DNA of 64,000 nucleotides from Octopus sinensis (taxonomy: Eukaryota), in contig NC_042999.1 in the NCBI RefSeq assembly GCF_006345805.1, positions 72,168,001 to 72,232,000 on the forward strand, written 5' to 3'. This document shows, one piece after another, positions 50,550 through 61,920 of the stretch; within the stretch, counting starts at the first letter, position 1; each line of letters begins with the position of its first letter. A program made the position numbers and the translations under genes. Below the pieces are notes generated by a model. It was given only the letters and a program-made list of their open reading frames with translations, had not been told where the DNA came from and did not search any database.

Positions 50550-51104
50550 GAGTGAGAGAGCAGTTCATGCCATCAAAGTGACACTGGGGTAAAATATACG
50601 AAGCCCAATATACCCATCATGACTACCCGTCTGATAAAGGTACACCAGGCACATGCATCACAACCATATGTGCGCGACATGGTGATCTCATATCAAGATA
50701 AACAACACATGACCTTGCAGGTGGGGCCCAGTTAGAATTTTCTTCAGGTTGAGTAGCCCATCCTGCTCAAACGGTCCCTGAATAAGGGTGCTTTAGGATG
50801 TTGAACGAAACACCTATGTTTCCAGAGGTGAACCATTCAAACTCCAAAGAACCCCTCTCAACACATGGCCATGATGCTCCCCCACTACTTCTGCTCGTGA
50901 TCAGAGATGCACATATCGTCAGCCACTAAGGGACATGCTCAACTGGTTAAGGTCAAACAACTGACAAGCAAACCTGTGGTATTGAGCAGAATATTTGCTG
51001 TAGCCCATCTTTTATACCAAGACAAAACAATGTACATGATAACACTTCCAGTCAGTTAAGATCAGAAGCCATGAGAGCCACTGCCTGGTACTGCATCAGG
51101 ACAT
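50550..51104 (-). mobile_element. ~555-bp (TAA)n-flanked non-coding element, full copy 3
   Basis: Highly similar to 52424-52977 and 53177-53732; TTA repeats on both sides; no long ORF. Confidence 0.88.
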
Positions 51105-51105
51105 G

Positions 51106-51153
<48 letters not shown>

Positions 51154-51156
51154 GTT

Positions 51157-52004
51157 ATATGTTTGACTTTTACTTTGTATTTGTAAAAGTTAACAAGTTA
51201 GAAGTTCAAGCTCGTGTTATGCCTTGGGTATCATATATTTGGCTTTGCACATAGTATTGTTCTAGAAAATGTTTAAGAAACCATAAGAAAATTATGTTTG
51301 TTTTAAAAAAAAACTTAAGATTACACAGAAAGTATTTTGCGTAGTATATGAGCAGTTCCTATTAGCACTATCTTTTGAATGTCTGTCATTTAGGGGTTTC
51401 CTGGTATCTGAGCTAGGTAGCAATCAGCCCCTTTTGCTATCATTCCTAGGGCACCTATGACAACAGGTATTGTTTTAGTCTTTCAGGTTCCACATGTTTG
51501 CCCATTTCTATTTCAACATCTTTATTCTTGCTCAGTTTTTGATAGGTCTTGACAAATACATTTATATTGAATGGGACAGTCATATCAATGAGGAGGCATA
51601 ATTTTTGTCTGAAATCTTTAAATATAATGTCTGGCCTATTCCCATCTATCTTTCTGCCAGTTTGAACGATGAAGTTCCAGACGAGTGAGATGTGATCATT
51701 TTCAAGTACTGGAGATGGTTGGTGTTCCCATCAGTTTTTATCATGGGGCAAGTCCAGGTTTTTTCAAATTACCCAATGAATATACTATGCAGCTCTATTA
51801 TGCCTGTTGAGATACTCTAGGCGAAAGAAGACTGCACATGGAGACAGCATGATCAATGGTTTCATTTTGTTGTTTACATACACGACATGTTGGGTTAACG
51901 CCTTTCTTTAATATGTTGACCTGGTAACTCCTTGTAGGTAAGCATTGATCTTGGGCTGCCATGATCTCATACTTTCAGACAAGGGTAGTTTCGCAGAGTA
52001 GGTG
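51157..52004 (-). pseudogene. Dong-like 3' fragment with a large internal deletion
   Basis: Collinear with 48076-48889, then jumps to the sequence equivalent of 49999-50042. Confidence 0.88.
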
Positions 52005-52038
52005 TTAGTTTATATATATATATATATATTATTATTAT

Positions 52039-52264
52039 TCAGTAGTTTTATTTTTATAGCGTGCTTTCACTTCACTACCGAGCGCAGCTCTGTGGGCCTC
52101 GGTTATGTGCTGTGCTTTTATGTGATGCGCTTATGGTTACTGTATTGAAAGTGTTTTGCGTAGGATGCGTGCAGTGCCCAGTAGTGCAATTTTACGTATG
52201 TTATATATATTTGTAAGTCCTGGTGTTTTTGTTATGTATTTGTCTGAATATTATGTATCATACC

Positions 52265-52265
<1 letters not shown>
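52039..52265 (-). pseudogene. 3' end of another R4/Dong-like subfamily
   Basis: Minus strand encodes ...IRKIALLGTARILRKTLSIQ-stop, then a 3' UTR and (AAT)n. Confidence 0.8.
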
Positions 52266-52308
<43 letters not shown>

Positions 52309-52382
52309 TACTTCATTATTATTATCAATCTACTTCATTTTGGGTATTATTATTATTATTATTATTGCTGCTGTTGTTGTTG

Positions 52383-52414
<32 letters not shown>

Positions 52415-52423
52415 GTCATTATT

Positions 52424-52977
52424 GAGTGAGAGAGCAGTGCATGCCATCAAAGTGACACTGGGGTAAAATATACGAAGCCCAGTATACCCATCATGACTAC
52501 CCCTCTGATAAGGGTACACCAGGCGCACGCATCACAGCCATGTGTGCGACATGGTGATCTCATATCAAGATAAACAGTACATGACCTTGCAGCTGGGGCC
52601 AAGTTAGAATTTTCTTCTGGTCGAGTAGCCCATCCCGCTCAAAAGATCCCCGAATAAAGGTTGTTTAAGGATGCTGAACGAAACACCCATCTTTCTAGAG
52701 GTGAATTATTAAAACCCCAAAGAATCCCTCTCAACACATGTCTATGATGCTCCCCCACTACTTCTGCTCGTGATCAGAGATGCACATATCGTCAGCTACT
52801 AAGGGACATGGTCAACTGGTTGCGGTCAAACAACTGACAAGCAAATCTGTGGTATTTAGCAGAATATTTGCTGTGGCCCATCTTTTATACCAAGACAAAA
52901 CAATGTCCATGATAACGCTTCCAATCAGTTAAGATCAGAAGCCACGAGAGCCACTGCTTGGTATTGTATCAGGACAT
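52424..52977 (-). mobile_element. ~555-bp (TAA)n-flanked element, full copy 4
   Basis: Similar to copies 3 and 5. Confidence 0.88.
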
Positions 52978-52995
52978 TTATTATTATTATTATTA

Positions 52996-53040
<45 letters not shown>

Positions 53041-53060
53041 CATTATTATTATTATTATTA

Positions 53061-53107
<47 letters not shown>

Positions 53108-53176
53108 ATCATTTTTATTATTATCATCATCATCATCATCATCATCATCATTATCATTATTATTATTATTATTATT

Positions 53177-53732
53177 GAGTGAGCGAGCAGAGCATGCCAT
53201 CAAAGTGACACTGGGGTAAAATATACGAAGCCCAGTATACCCATCATGACTACCCGTCTGATAAGGGTACACCAGGCACATGCATCACAACCATATGTGC
53301 GCGACATGGTGATCTCACATCAAGACAAACAGCACATGACCTTGCAGGTGGAGCCCAGTTAGAATTTTCTTCAGATCGAGTAACCCATCCCGCTCAAAAG
53401 GTCCCTGAATAAGGCTTGTTTAAGGATGTTGAACGAAACACCCATGTTTCCAGAGGTGAATTATTCAAACCCCAAAGAATCCTTCTCAACACATGGCTAT
53501 GATGCTCCCCCACTACTTCTGCTCGTGATCAGAGATGCACATATCGTCAGCCACTAAGGGACATGCTCAACTGGTTAAGGTCAAACAACTGACAAGCAAA
53601 TCTATGGTATTGAGCAGAATATTTGCTGTAGCCCATCTTTTATACTAAGACAAAACAATGTACATGATAACACTTCCAATCAGTTAAGATCAGAAGCCAT
53701 GAGAGCCACTGCCTGGTACTGCATCAGAGCAT
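53177..53732 (-). mobile_element. ~555-bp (TAA)n-flanked element, full copy 5
   Basis: Similar to copies 3 and 4. Confidence 0.88.
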
Positions 53733-53743
53733 TTATTATTATA

Positions 53744-53791
<48 letters not shown>

Positions 53792-53803
53792 ATCATTTTT
53801 ATT

Positions 53804-53835
<32 letters not shown>

Positions 53836-53868
53836 TATCATTATTATTATTATTATAATTATTATTAC

Positions 53869-53899
<31 letters not shown>

Positions 53900-53919
53900 G
53901 TTATCATTATTATTATTTT

Positions 53920-54300
53920 ACCTTCTGAGTTCAAATTCTACCGAGGCTGATTTTGCTTTTCATCAATTCAGTGTCAATAAATTAAGTACTAGTGAAACAC
54001 TAGGGTTGCTTTAATCGGCTAGCCCTTTCCCCCGATATTTCAAGCCTTGTGTCTTTATTAGAAAGGATTATTTTTGTTGCTGTTGTTAGCCAGTGAGCTT
54101 ATAAAATCGTTAGCTCGCCGGACTAAATGCCTAGCAGCATCCCATCCGCCTCTTTAGGTTCTCTGTACAAATACTACCGATATCATCTTTACTCTTCATC
54201 CCTTCGGGGTCAACAAAATGTGTATCGACTCAGCACTAGGGTCGATGTAATCGACTTCTCCATTCCATCAAAAATTGCTGATCTTATGCTAAAATTAATT
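53920..54300 (+). mobile_element. Two adjacent degenerate SINE family B copies
   Basis: gagttcaaattctaccgagg...ttttcatc...aagccttgtgtc...gaaaggattatt, then a second decayed head and core. Confidence 0.7.
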
Positions 54301-54834
54301 TTAATTACTTATTTATTTAAAGACCATATGAAGACTAATATGTTGGCTTTTATCCCTTTTTGTCGAAGAATGAGGTGTTATTCATTCATCTTTTGTTTTA
54401 TTCAATTCTTTTTTAGTTTCCTGCAATGATGACATTGGCTGTGAATCTCATAATCAAATTATCGATTCTCTGAAAGTAATAGTGCAAATTCCCCCTTAAT
54501 GTATTATAAATAGATCAAAATCAATCTGATGAAGCCCATCTCTTTCAATAATTCATTTACTTATGTCTGAATTCAAATCAGGCAGATGTTAGCTATGCTC
54601 TCATATTTCCAGGATCAATAAAATAAACACTAATGAGGTACTGGGATCGATATAATCAACTAACCTCCATCGCAAATAAGTTTCTTGACCGGGGCGTTTT
54701 ATAAGTAACCATTGTTTAAACCCAGCAAAGCAGGCTAATCAAATACTGTATATACAATACACCAACTGCTTACAACAGTGAGTTATACTTTGCCTATAAT
54801 ACTTGGGTAGGTGGGTAGATGTATATATAGAGAG

Positions 54835-55035
<201 letters not shown>

Positions 55036-55116
55036 AAGTACGTATGTACATACGTAATACATACATACATACATAAATACATACAAACGAAATACTGTGT
55101 CCTTACCAGAAATTAA

Positions 55117-55330
55117 TACTGGTTTCAAATTTTGGCACAAGTCCAGCAATCTTGGAGAAGGCGCTAAGTGAGTTAAGTCGACCCCACTGCTCAACTGGTA
55201 CTTTATCGACCCCGATAAGGATGAAAGGCAAAGTCAACCCCTACGGCATTTGAACCCAGAACATATAAACGGATGAAATGCCGCCAAGCATCTTACTCGG
55301 CGTGCTAACGATTCTTCCCGCTAGCCACCC
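55117..55330 (-). mobile_element. SINE family B (tail type 1), degenerate
   Basis: ggtttcaaattttggcac tail and gatgaaaggcaaagtcaacc core in reverse orientation. Confidence 0.75.
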
Positions 55331-55710
55331 TACTAGCAGCAATTAATATTGCAAAACAAAATATTGTGTCTTTACCAACAATTAACACTTACGTACCAGT
55401 TGGCAGAAATGTGTTTAATATATAAGTTGGTCTGTCCGATAGTGTTACACCACTAGACTTAGTGGGTAATTTAAGAAATACGTTTGTGGATAGTTGACGG
55501 GTTAGATGTGGAGCCGATGAAAGTGTAATAACGCTTGAAACATGCAGATATATACTCATTACCTATTGTTTCTATCTTTGATCACATTGTTTGCATTGGC
55601 GTATTCATATACGAAATGTCTCTAGATTCTATAGAAAATTTATATAAATAAACTTTAAAATGAGAACATCGCACTCCTAACACAAAAGTAAGACAGTATT
55701 GACTTGTAAA

Positions 55711-55942
55711 GGTGGCGAGCTGGCAGAAACGTTAGCACGCCGGGCGAAATGCGTAGCCGTATTTCGTCTGTCGTTACGTTGTGAGTTCAAATTCCGCCGA
55801 GGTCGACTTTGCCTTTCATCCTTTCGGGGTCGATAAATTAAGTACCAGCTATGCACTGGTGTCGATGTAATCGACTTAATACCTATGTCTGTCCTTGTTT
55901 GTCCCCTCTATGTTTAGCCCCTTGTGGGTAATAAAGAAATAG
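55711..55942 (+). mobile_element. SINE family B (tail type 2), full length, 15-bp TSD
   Basis: TSD gtattgacttgtaaa at 55696-55710 and 55943-55957. B box gagttcaaattcc. The core gcctttcatcctttcggggtcgataaattaagtacc resembles the Meta-SINE domain (from memory). Confidence 0.93.
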
Positions 55943-56362
55943 GTATTGACTTGTAAACCTTTCATATACTCAGTAGTATATAATGGTTGCAAAACGAAAC
56001 AGTGTCGTTACCAACAGTTAATATACAAAATTATATGTGTATGCATGTGTAGTCATGTGGCTGGTTGAAACAATATCAGAATCAATATCACCAAATGTGT
56101 CAACACATAACAATGAAACATTCAATCAGCTGTTCACTTAAAATATTAATGCAAACCAATCTTTTAATACTACCTTCGTTTACTCGAGCAATACAATTGT
56201 TAACTTCTACTAATAGCATATATACTTTAATATACGAGCACCCACACAAACACTCGCGCACTTACTACAAATAACCAATAACCAGTCAACGTGGAACCTC
56301 CACCTGAAACAGAGTATTTCGGCCTGTTAGAAATAGCTATTTCGTCTCCCTTTCATTATATA

Positions 56363-56617
56363 ATAATAAATGCGCCCTTTTAAAGCTTAGCCAGGCTCAT
56401 GGGCCCAGTTTCCCGGTTTCTATGGCGTATGTGTTCCCCAGCTGCACGGGACGCCAGTCCATCGCAGTGTTATTCATTTTTGCCGGCTGAGTGGACTGGA
56501 GCAACGTGAAATGAAGTGTTTTTCTCAAGAACACAACGCGTCGCCCGGTCCAGGAATCGAAACCACACTCTTGCGATCATGGCGCTGACACCCTAACCAC
56601 TAAGCCACTCGCCTCCA
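56363..56617 (-). mobile_element. SINE family C head with a different tail, 15-bp TSD
   Basis: TSD ccctttcattatata at 56348-56362 and 56618-56632; head and core shared with 32910-33242. Confidence 0.92.
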
Positions 56618-58229
56618 CCCTTTCATTATATACCATCTTTTAAGAAAATACAGTGGATAATGTGACAGAAAAGAACGTGTACGTGTTGATATGTATAGTT
56701 GCCAGGAAGAGTAGGAAAGCCAGCATGTCTTAAAGTGTGGTCCAACGACGATGGATGGGGCAAAAAGTCCCCTCCTCCCCTCATTAGTTTATTGTGGTTC
56801 CGAATGTTATCCTTATATGATATAATCCAGGATACATATTAGGTGAAAGATGGCATGATTTGATTACAGCTTGAATTACGTTAACATAAGTCTACTTGAT
56901 CAGATCAAAGTTGACATAGGCTAAACATCAATAACAACAGATATACAAATGATACCTTGATAAATAAACAAGTCTCAATGTGAAGGATAATCTTCTATCG
57001 AATATTCCAAGGATAGATTACGAAGTAACTTCTGGTTGCCTTCTGTTAATTGGTGAGATGCCGATAGATGTTTCCCAAGGTCTGGTACATGTTCGCAACT
57101 TCTATTCAAACTGTTCAACACGGAGTTAAGTATCCAGTTGAAAGATCTGCAACATACTTGCTCTCTAGATGAAATACTATTTTATCGATTTGCTTCTTGC
57201 TTTTTTTTTACATTTGGCTCTTATGTTTCTATTATTATATAAGCTATGCACTGAACTATCTGTGGTTGCTTATAATTTTGGTTTCTTATTTTAAGAAGTG
57301 AAACCAAACAATAATCAGGAAGTTCTGTAAAGATAACAAATACTATAATTTACCAGCTTTTGGCAAGTGTCTTTGCAATGAATCGGAGATAAACTCTCAC
57401 GAAACTTAGATTTCTGCCTTCTTTTTTTTATTTTGATTTTTACGTAGGATGTTTGTTATTTTGTTTTATATTAATGCTTATATACATTACCGGTTGTCAG
57501 TTTATAAATATCGAGAGGAATGTATAAATAGATAGGTATATCAACTAAAACAATAAACAATTGAATATTCCCACTATGTTATTTTTATTTCTTATATTCC
57601 AGATAAACTTACTGATAATGTGTCTTATCTTTCATTTATTATTATCTGCAGGGTGAGTATTTATGTCTCACAAGAATTTATTCAGCTTCGATGTATGCAA
57701 AGGTGTATACTCTTCCATAAAATTATTTCAAATTAAATAAGGTTATCGTAAATGATTCAACTTGAAGAAAATGAAAGGGAACAAGAACGATTGTCCACTT
57801 CACAGAACTTCAGTTTTCAGACTCATAAATCTTCAGTTATCCGACTCAGAAGTTCGGTTGTCAGGCTCCTTCAGTTTTGCTTGCCACACCCAAACCACAC
57901 CGGACGTTAATTCAACACATCTTTGGTAGTGAGGCAGTCACAGGTTCACTTGACAGGTATGGCAACTCCAAGTAGCAAATATATTTGGTTGTTAGCACCG
58001 CATAATTTTGGTGGTCAGGTCCACACAACTTTGGTTATTAGTTACACATATTTTCGATTATCAACTCCACACTACGTCGGATGGAAAATAAAAACGTAGA
58101 AGATTGAAGAGATACAAACCATGAGATTTTCTTTTCTATCTGAAATTGGCACTTATTATGCCCGTTATCCATATTATTTACGATATATTGAGTATTTCTC
58201 ACCTCGCACTCATTATCAGATTTATATCA

Positions 58230-58575
58230 CTACATGATTAATTGCATATATTGTTGACTGATGTATACCTAACCTTGATTGCATCAACTTAGAATGTAAT
58301 CTAGTAATTTCGAAATGAGTTTTATTAATGCTCATGACAAAAGAAAGTGGGATAGGAATCTGTGACCGCTTAAATTGGAATGGGACATTAGATGGTATAA
58401 CTGGTATGCAAGGTAGGAAGGCGGTGTCACATTTACCACAACCAGTGAGAATATTTGCCTCAATGCAGTTCCTCATAAGTTTGTGAACAATTATTGTTGT
58501 ACCATTGCATAATTTTTCTCGAGACAAATTAGGCAATAGCATAATAGCTTCTCCTGAACCAGGTACTTTCATTTT
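58230..58575 (-). pseudogene. Helitron Pif1-like helicase fragment
   Basis: IMLLPNL...KLCNGT...ILTGCGK...PFQFKRSQIPIPLSFVMSINK matches the Pif1 C-terminal motifs MLLRNL, LCNGT and FKRxQFPxxLAFAMTINK. Confidence 0.85.
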
Positions 58576-58787
58576 ACCGGAGAAAGAAAGAGACGAAATT
58601 TTGATTTTATATATATATATAGAAAAAGCACAATAGATTCCCTTGAAACATTTACTTTCATTTTGCTGGGCAGACAGAATCTCTCTTTTATATAAGTAGA
58701 TAGTTAATTTAAGGCGGTCGATAAAATAAGTTTTAGTCGTGTACAGGAGGCGATGTAATCGATTTATCCCTTCCCCTAAATCAAGTT

Positions 58788-58980
58788 AGGGCGGCGAGTT
58801 GGCAGGAAAATTACAAGCAGAATTTTGTTCGCTTTTTGTTTGTCTGAGTTCAAATTCCGCTGAGGTCGATTTTACCTTTATTCCCTTTCGGAATCGATAA
58901 AATAGGCACCAGTTAAGCACTGGGGTTGATGTAATTACCCCGAAATTGGTGGTCTTGTGCCCAAATTTGAAAGCTATATG
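58788..58980 (+). mobile_element. SINE family B, degenerate
   Basis: ggcggcgagttggcag head, gagttcaaattccgctgagg and ccaaatttgaaa tail. Confidence 0.7.
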
Positions 58981-59584
58981 AATAAATTAATCAATAGACA
59001 CTATAGAAGAGTAGATACATCACAACTTGATAATGAGTTACTCATCTGCTTGTCTTAAGTTTGACCACCGCAAAGATAAACGTTACGCTTCGTTCCGACG
59101 GAGTAGACAGGGTTGTTATCTATCAAAGGTACTCTACTTCTAAAACTTGTGACCTCGTACTTATATTTACAATATAATCAATATTAATTTTACAGCAGTG
59201 GACAACATACCATGCGGTATTATGTTACTGTAGTTACACATCCCATTAGGGGTGGTATTTTAACATAACTCCACAGAAATCTTATTCAAAAGTTATTACA
59301 TGCTTATTTAATTAGCGAAGAGATTGTCTTGCGCTTTGGCAACAAGTCACCTCAAATCTCAAGATTTTTTCGTAAGATTCTTGAAGAGGACAAAATTTCA
59401 GTTTCCATGGGGGGTCAACAATGCGAGTCTCAATTTCCATATCTCTCATGGACGAAGCTACAATCCTGGATCAAGCGTAGACTGAGAAAGATGATTTAAA
59501 TCACTGGGCTTGATATAATCGATTTAACCCCCCCCCTTGAAATTGCTGACCTTGTGCCAAAATCTGGAACCATTATTATTATTA

Positions 59585-59810
59585 GCCAGTGAACTTGTAT
59601 GACTCGTTAGCACGCCGCACTAAATGTCTAAAGACATCTTTTCCGGCTCGTTACGTTCTGAGTTCAAATACTACCGAGGTTGTCTTTGCCTATCATCCTT
59701 TTGAAATGGATAAAATAAGTATCAACTAAGCACTAGAGTCATATAACCGACTTCTCCCTTCCATCAGAAATTGCCGGCCTTGCACCATAATTAGGAAGAA
59801 TTATTATTAC
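59585..59810 (+). mobile_element. SINE family B, degenerate, preceded by a tail-only fragment (about 59500-59580)
   Basis: gttagcacgcc...gagttcaaatactaccgagg...ggccttgcacca...attattatt. Confidence 0.7.
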
Positions 59811-60460
59811 TTTAAAAGTAATAGAAAACTGCATATAAAAGAAGCAAATTTTGTACATATGTTTAAGTATATATCGGTGGACCTGCATTCATTTCTGCGT
59901 GTGTTTGCGCACGGGTGTGGTTATATATGTGTATGTGTTTATATTTACAATGTGTTAGTGTGTCTTTCTATATAACAATGAGCGATGTATCTTCGTATCT
60001 GTGCATTTGTGTGTATATTATTGTATTCGTTTCAATGTGTGTATATGTGTATGCCTGCGTTTGAGTGCATTTGTTTATATCTGTCTGCACATTTATGGTG
60101 CGTATTTCTGTGTATATAGGTGTGTGTTTATGTATATCTGCATGTATGTATGTTTCTGTATAAATACATCTCTGCAAATTTTGTATGCGTTTATGTGCGT
60201 TCACATATGTTGGTTTTCATACCTAAGTGCACATGCTGTGTATGATTATTAGCCCACGTATTTCTATGTTCGACATCGTATGTGTTACATTCCTGTAGGA
60301 GGAATGTTTACGCGCAAAAATCCAGCTGTTCCCTTCATCAGACAAATGACATACGTTGAAGCATTGAAAGGTCGTTCCTAAGCGCTTTCAACACCATCTA
60401 CTGGCATTGAAATATTTCTGTACAGCCTCAAATTCGGAAAGGTAACAAATTGTATTTACT

Positions 60461-60764
<304 letters not shown>

Positions 60765-60860
60765 GTACACACACACCCCTACGCACACGCACACACACAC
60801 ATACATATGTATCAAGTGACCAGCATGGAAATAATAACCTTCAAAGGTATAATAATTAAC

Positions 60861-61000
60861 AAATTATAAATTAGGGTATCTACGAGATACTACCATGCTG
60901 AAAATAGCAGCCATGATCTCACTTAAGATGGTTTTAGAGTCAGATCATGGCTGCTATTTTCAGCATGTTGGTATCTCGTAGATACCCTATTTTATAATTT
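60861..61000. repeat. Near-perfect hairpin: 59-bp arms, 3 mismatches, 22-nt loop
   Basis: 60861-60919 versus 60942-61000. Confidence 0.92.
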
Positions 61001-61419
61001 AATAGTGTGTGTGTGTGTGTGTGTGTGTATTAGAAGTAGCTGTAGTATTGTAAACATTATTGAACACACATACACAATGCATGCACGCAGATTGTTCGCC
61101 GGTAGGCCGCAAAATTGTGTGGTGGAGATGACTACCTCAAAGGACTGAGTGTTAACACTTGAAAGTTTTTAACACCCGGCGAACTAACACGTCACGTACA
61201 TTGTGTATGTACGATTATATACAATACTTATACACACACATATACATACATCCATATATATATATATGCGCATATGTATGTACATGTATGCAATATGTGG
61301 GAAAAAATTGTTATATTTGCGTGGGGTGTATATGCATGTTTGTACATGGTGTATATGGAAGAACTGCGTGTAAAGTGGAAGTAGCTTTTTATTTTTAAAA
61401 ATGTTATTAAATATTATCA

Positions 61420-61586
61420 AATAGGCGAAGGTGTAGCTGTGTGGTAAGAAGCTTGATTCCCCACCACGTGGTTTCGTGTTCAGTCCCACTACGTGGACAC
61501 CTGGGGGAAGTGTCTTCTACAATCGTCTCGAGCTGACCAAAGCTGTTTGAGTGGATTTGGTAGACGAAAACTGAAAGAAGCCCGTC

Positions 61587-61649
<63 letters not shown>

Positions 61650-61920
61650 TATGTATGTATGAATGTATGTATGTATGTGTACAAATTTATATTTGTGTCT
61701 GTGTTTGTCTCCTCCTCCACACACATCATCGCTTGGCAACCCATGTAGGTGAGTTTACGTCTCCGTAACTTACCTGTTCGGAAAAAGAGACCGATAGAAT
61801 AAGTACTAGGCTTACGAAGAATAAATCCTGGGCTCGATTTGCTTGACTAAAATCCCTTAGGGAGGTGCTCCAGCATGGTCACAGTCAAATGACTGAAACA
61901 AGCAAAAGAATAAAAGAATA
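61420..61920 (+). mobile_element. SINE family A, full length, with internal TA microsatellite
   Basis: tagctgtgtgg A-box-like and gtgttcagtccc B-box-like motifs; same core and tail as 14421-14870. Confidence 0.88.

Noticed and set aside
50810-50945. CTGACGA and GAAAC in the 555-bp element (minus strand), and an HDV-like reading of its 5' end
   Set aside because: Stem II does not close and stem I is mostly wobble pairs; the HDV P1 and P1.1 helices could not be formed.
60255-60350. Minus-strand CTGATGAAGGG motif
   Set aside because: No intact GAAA with matching stems II and I; at most a decayed relic.
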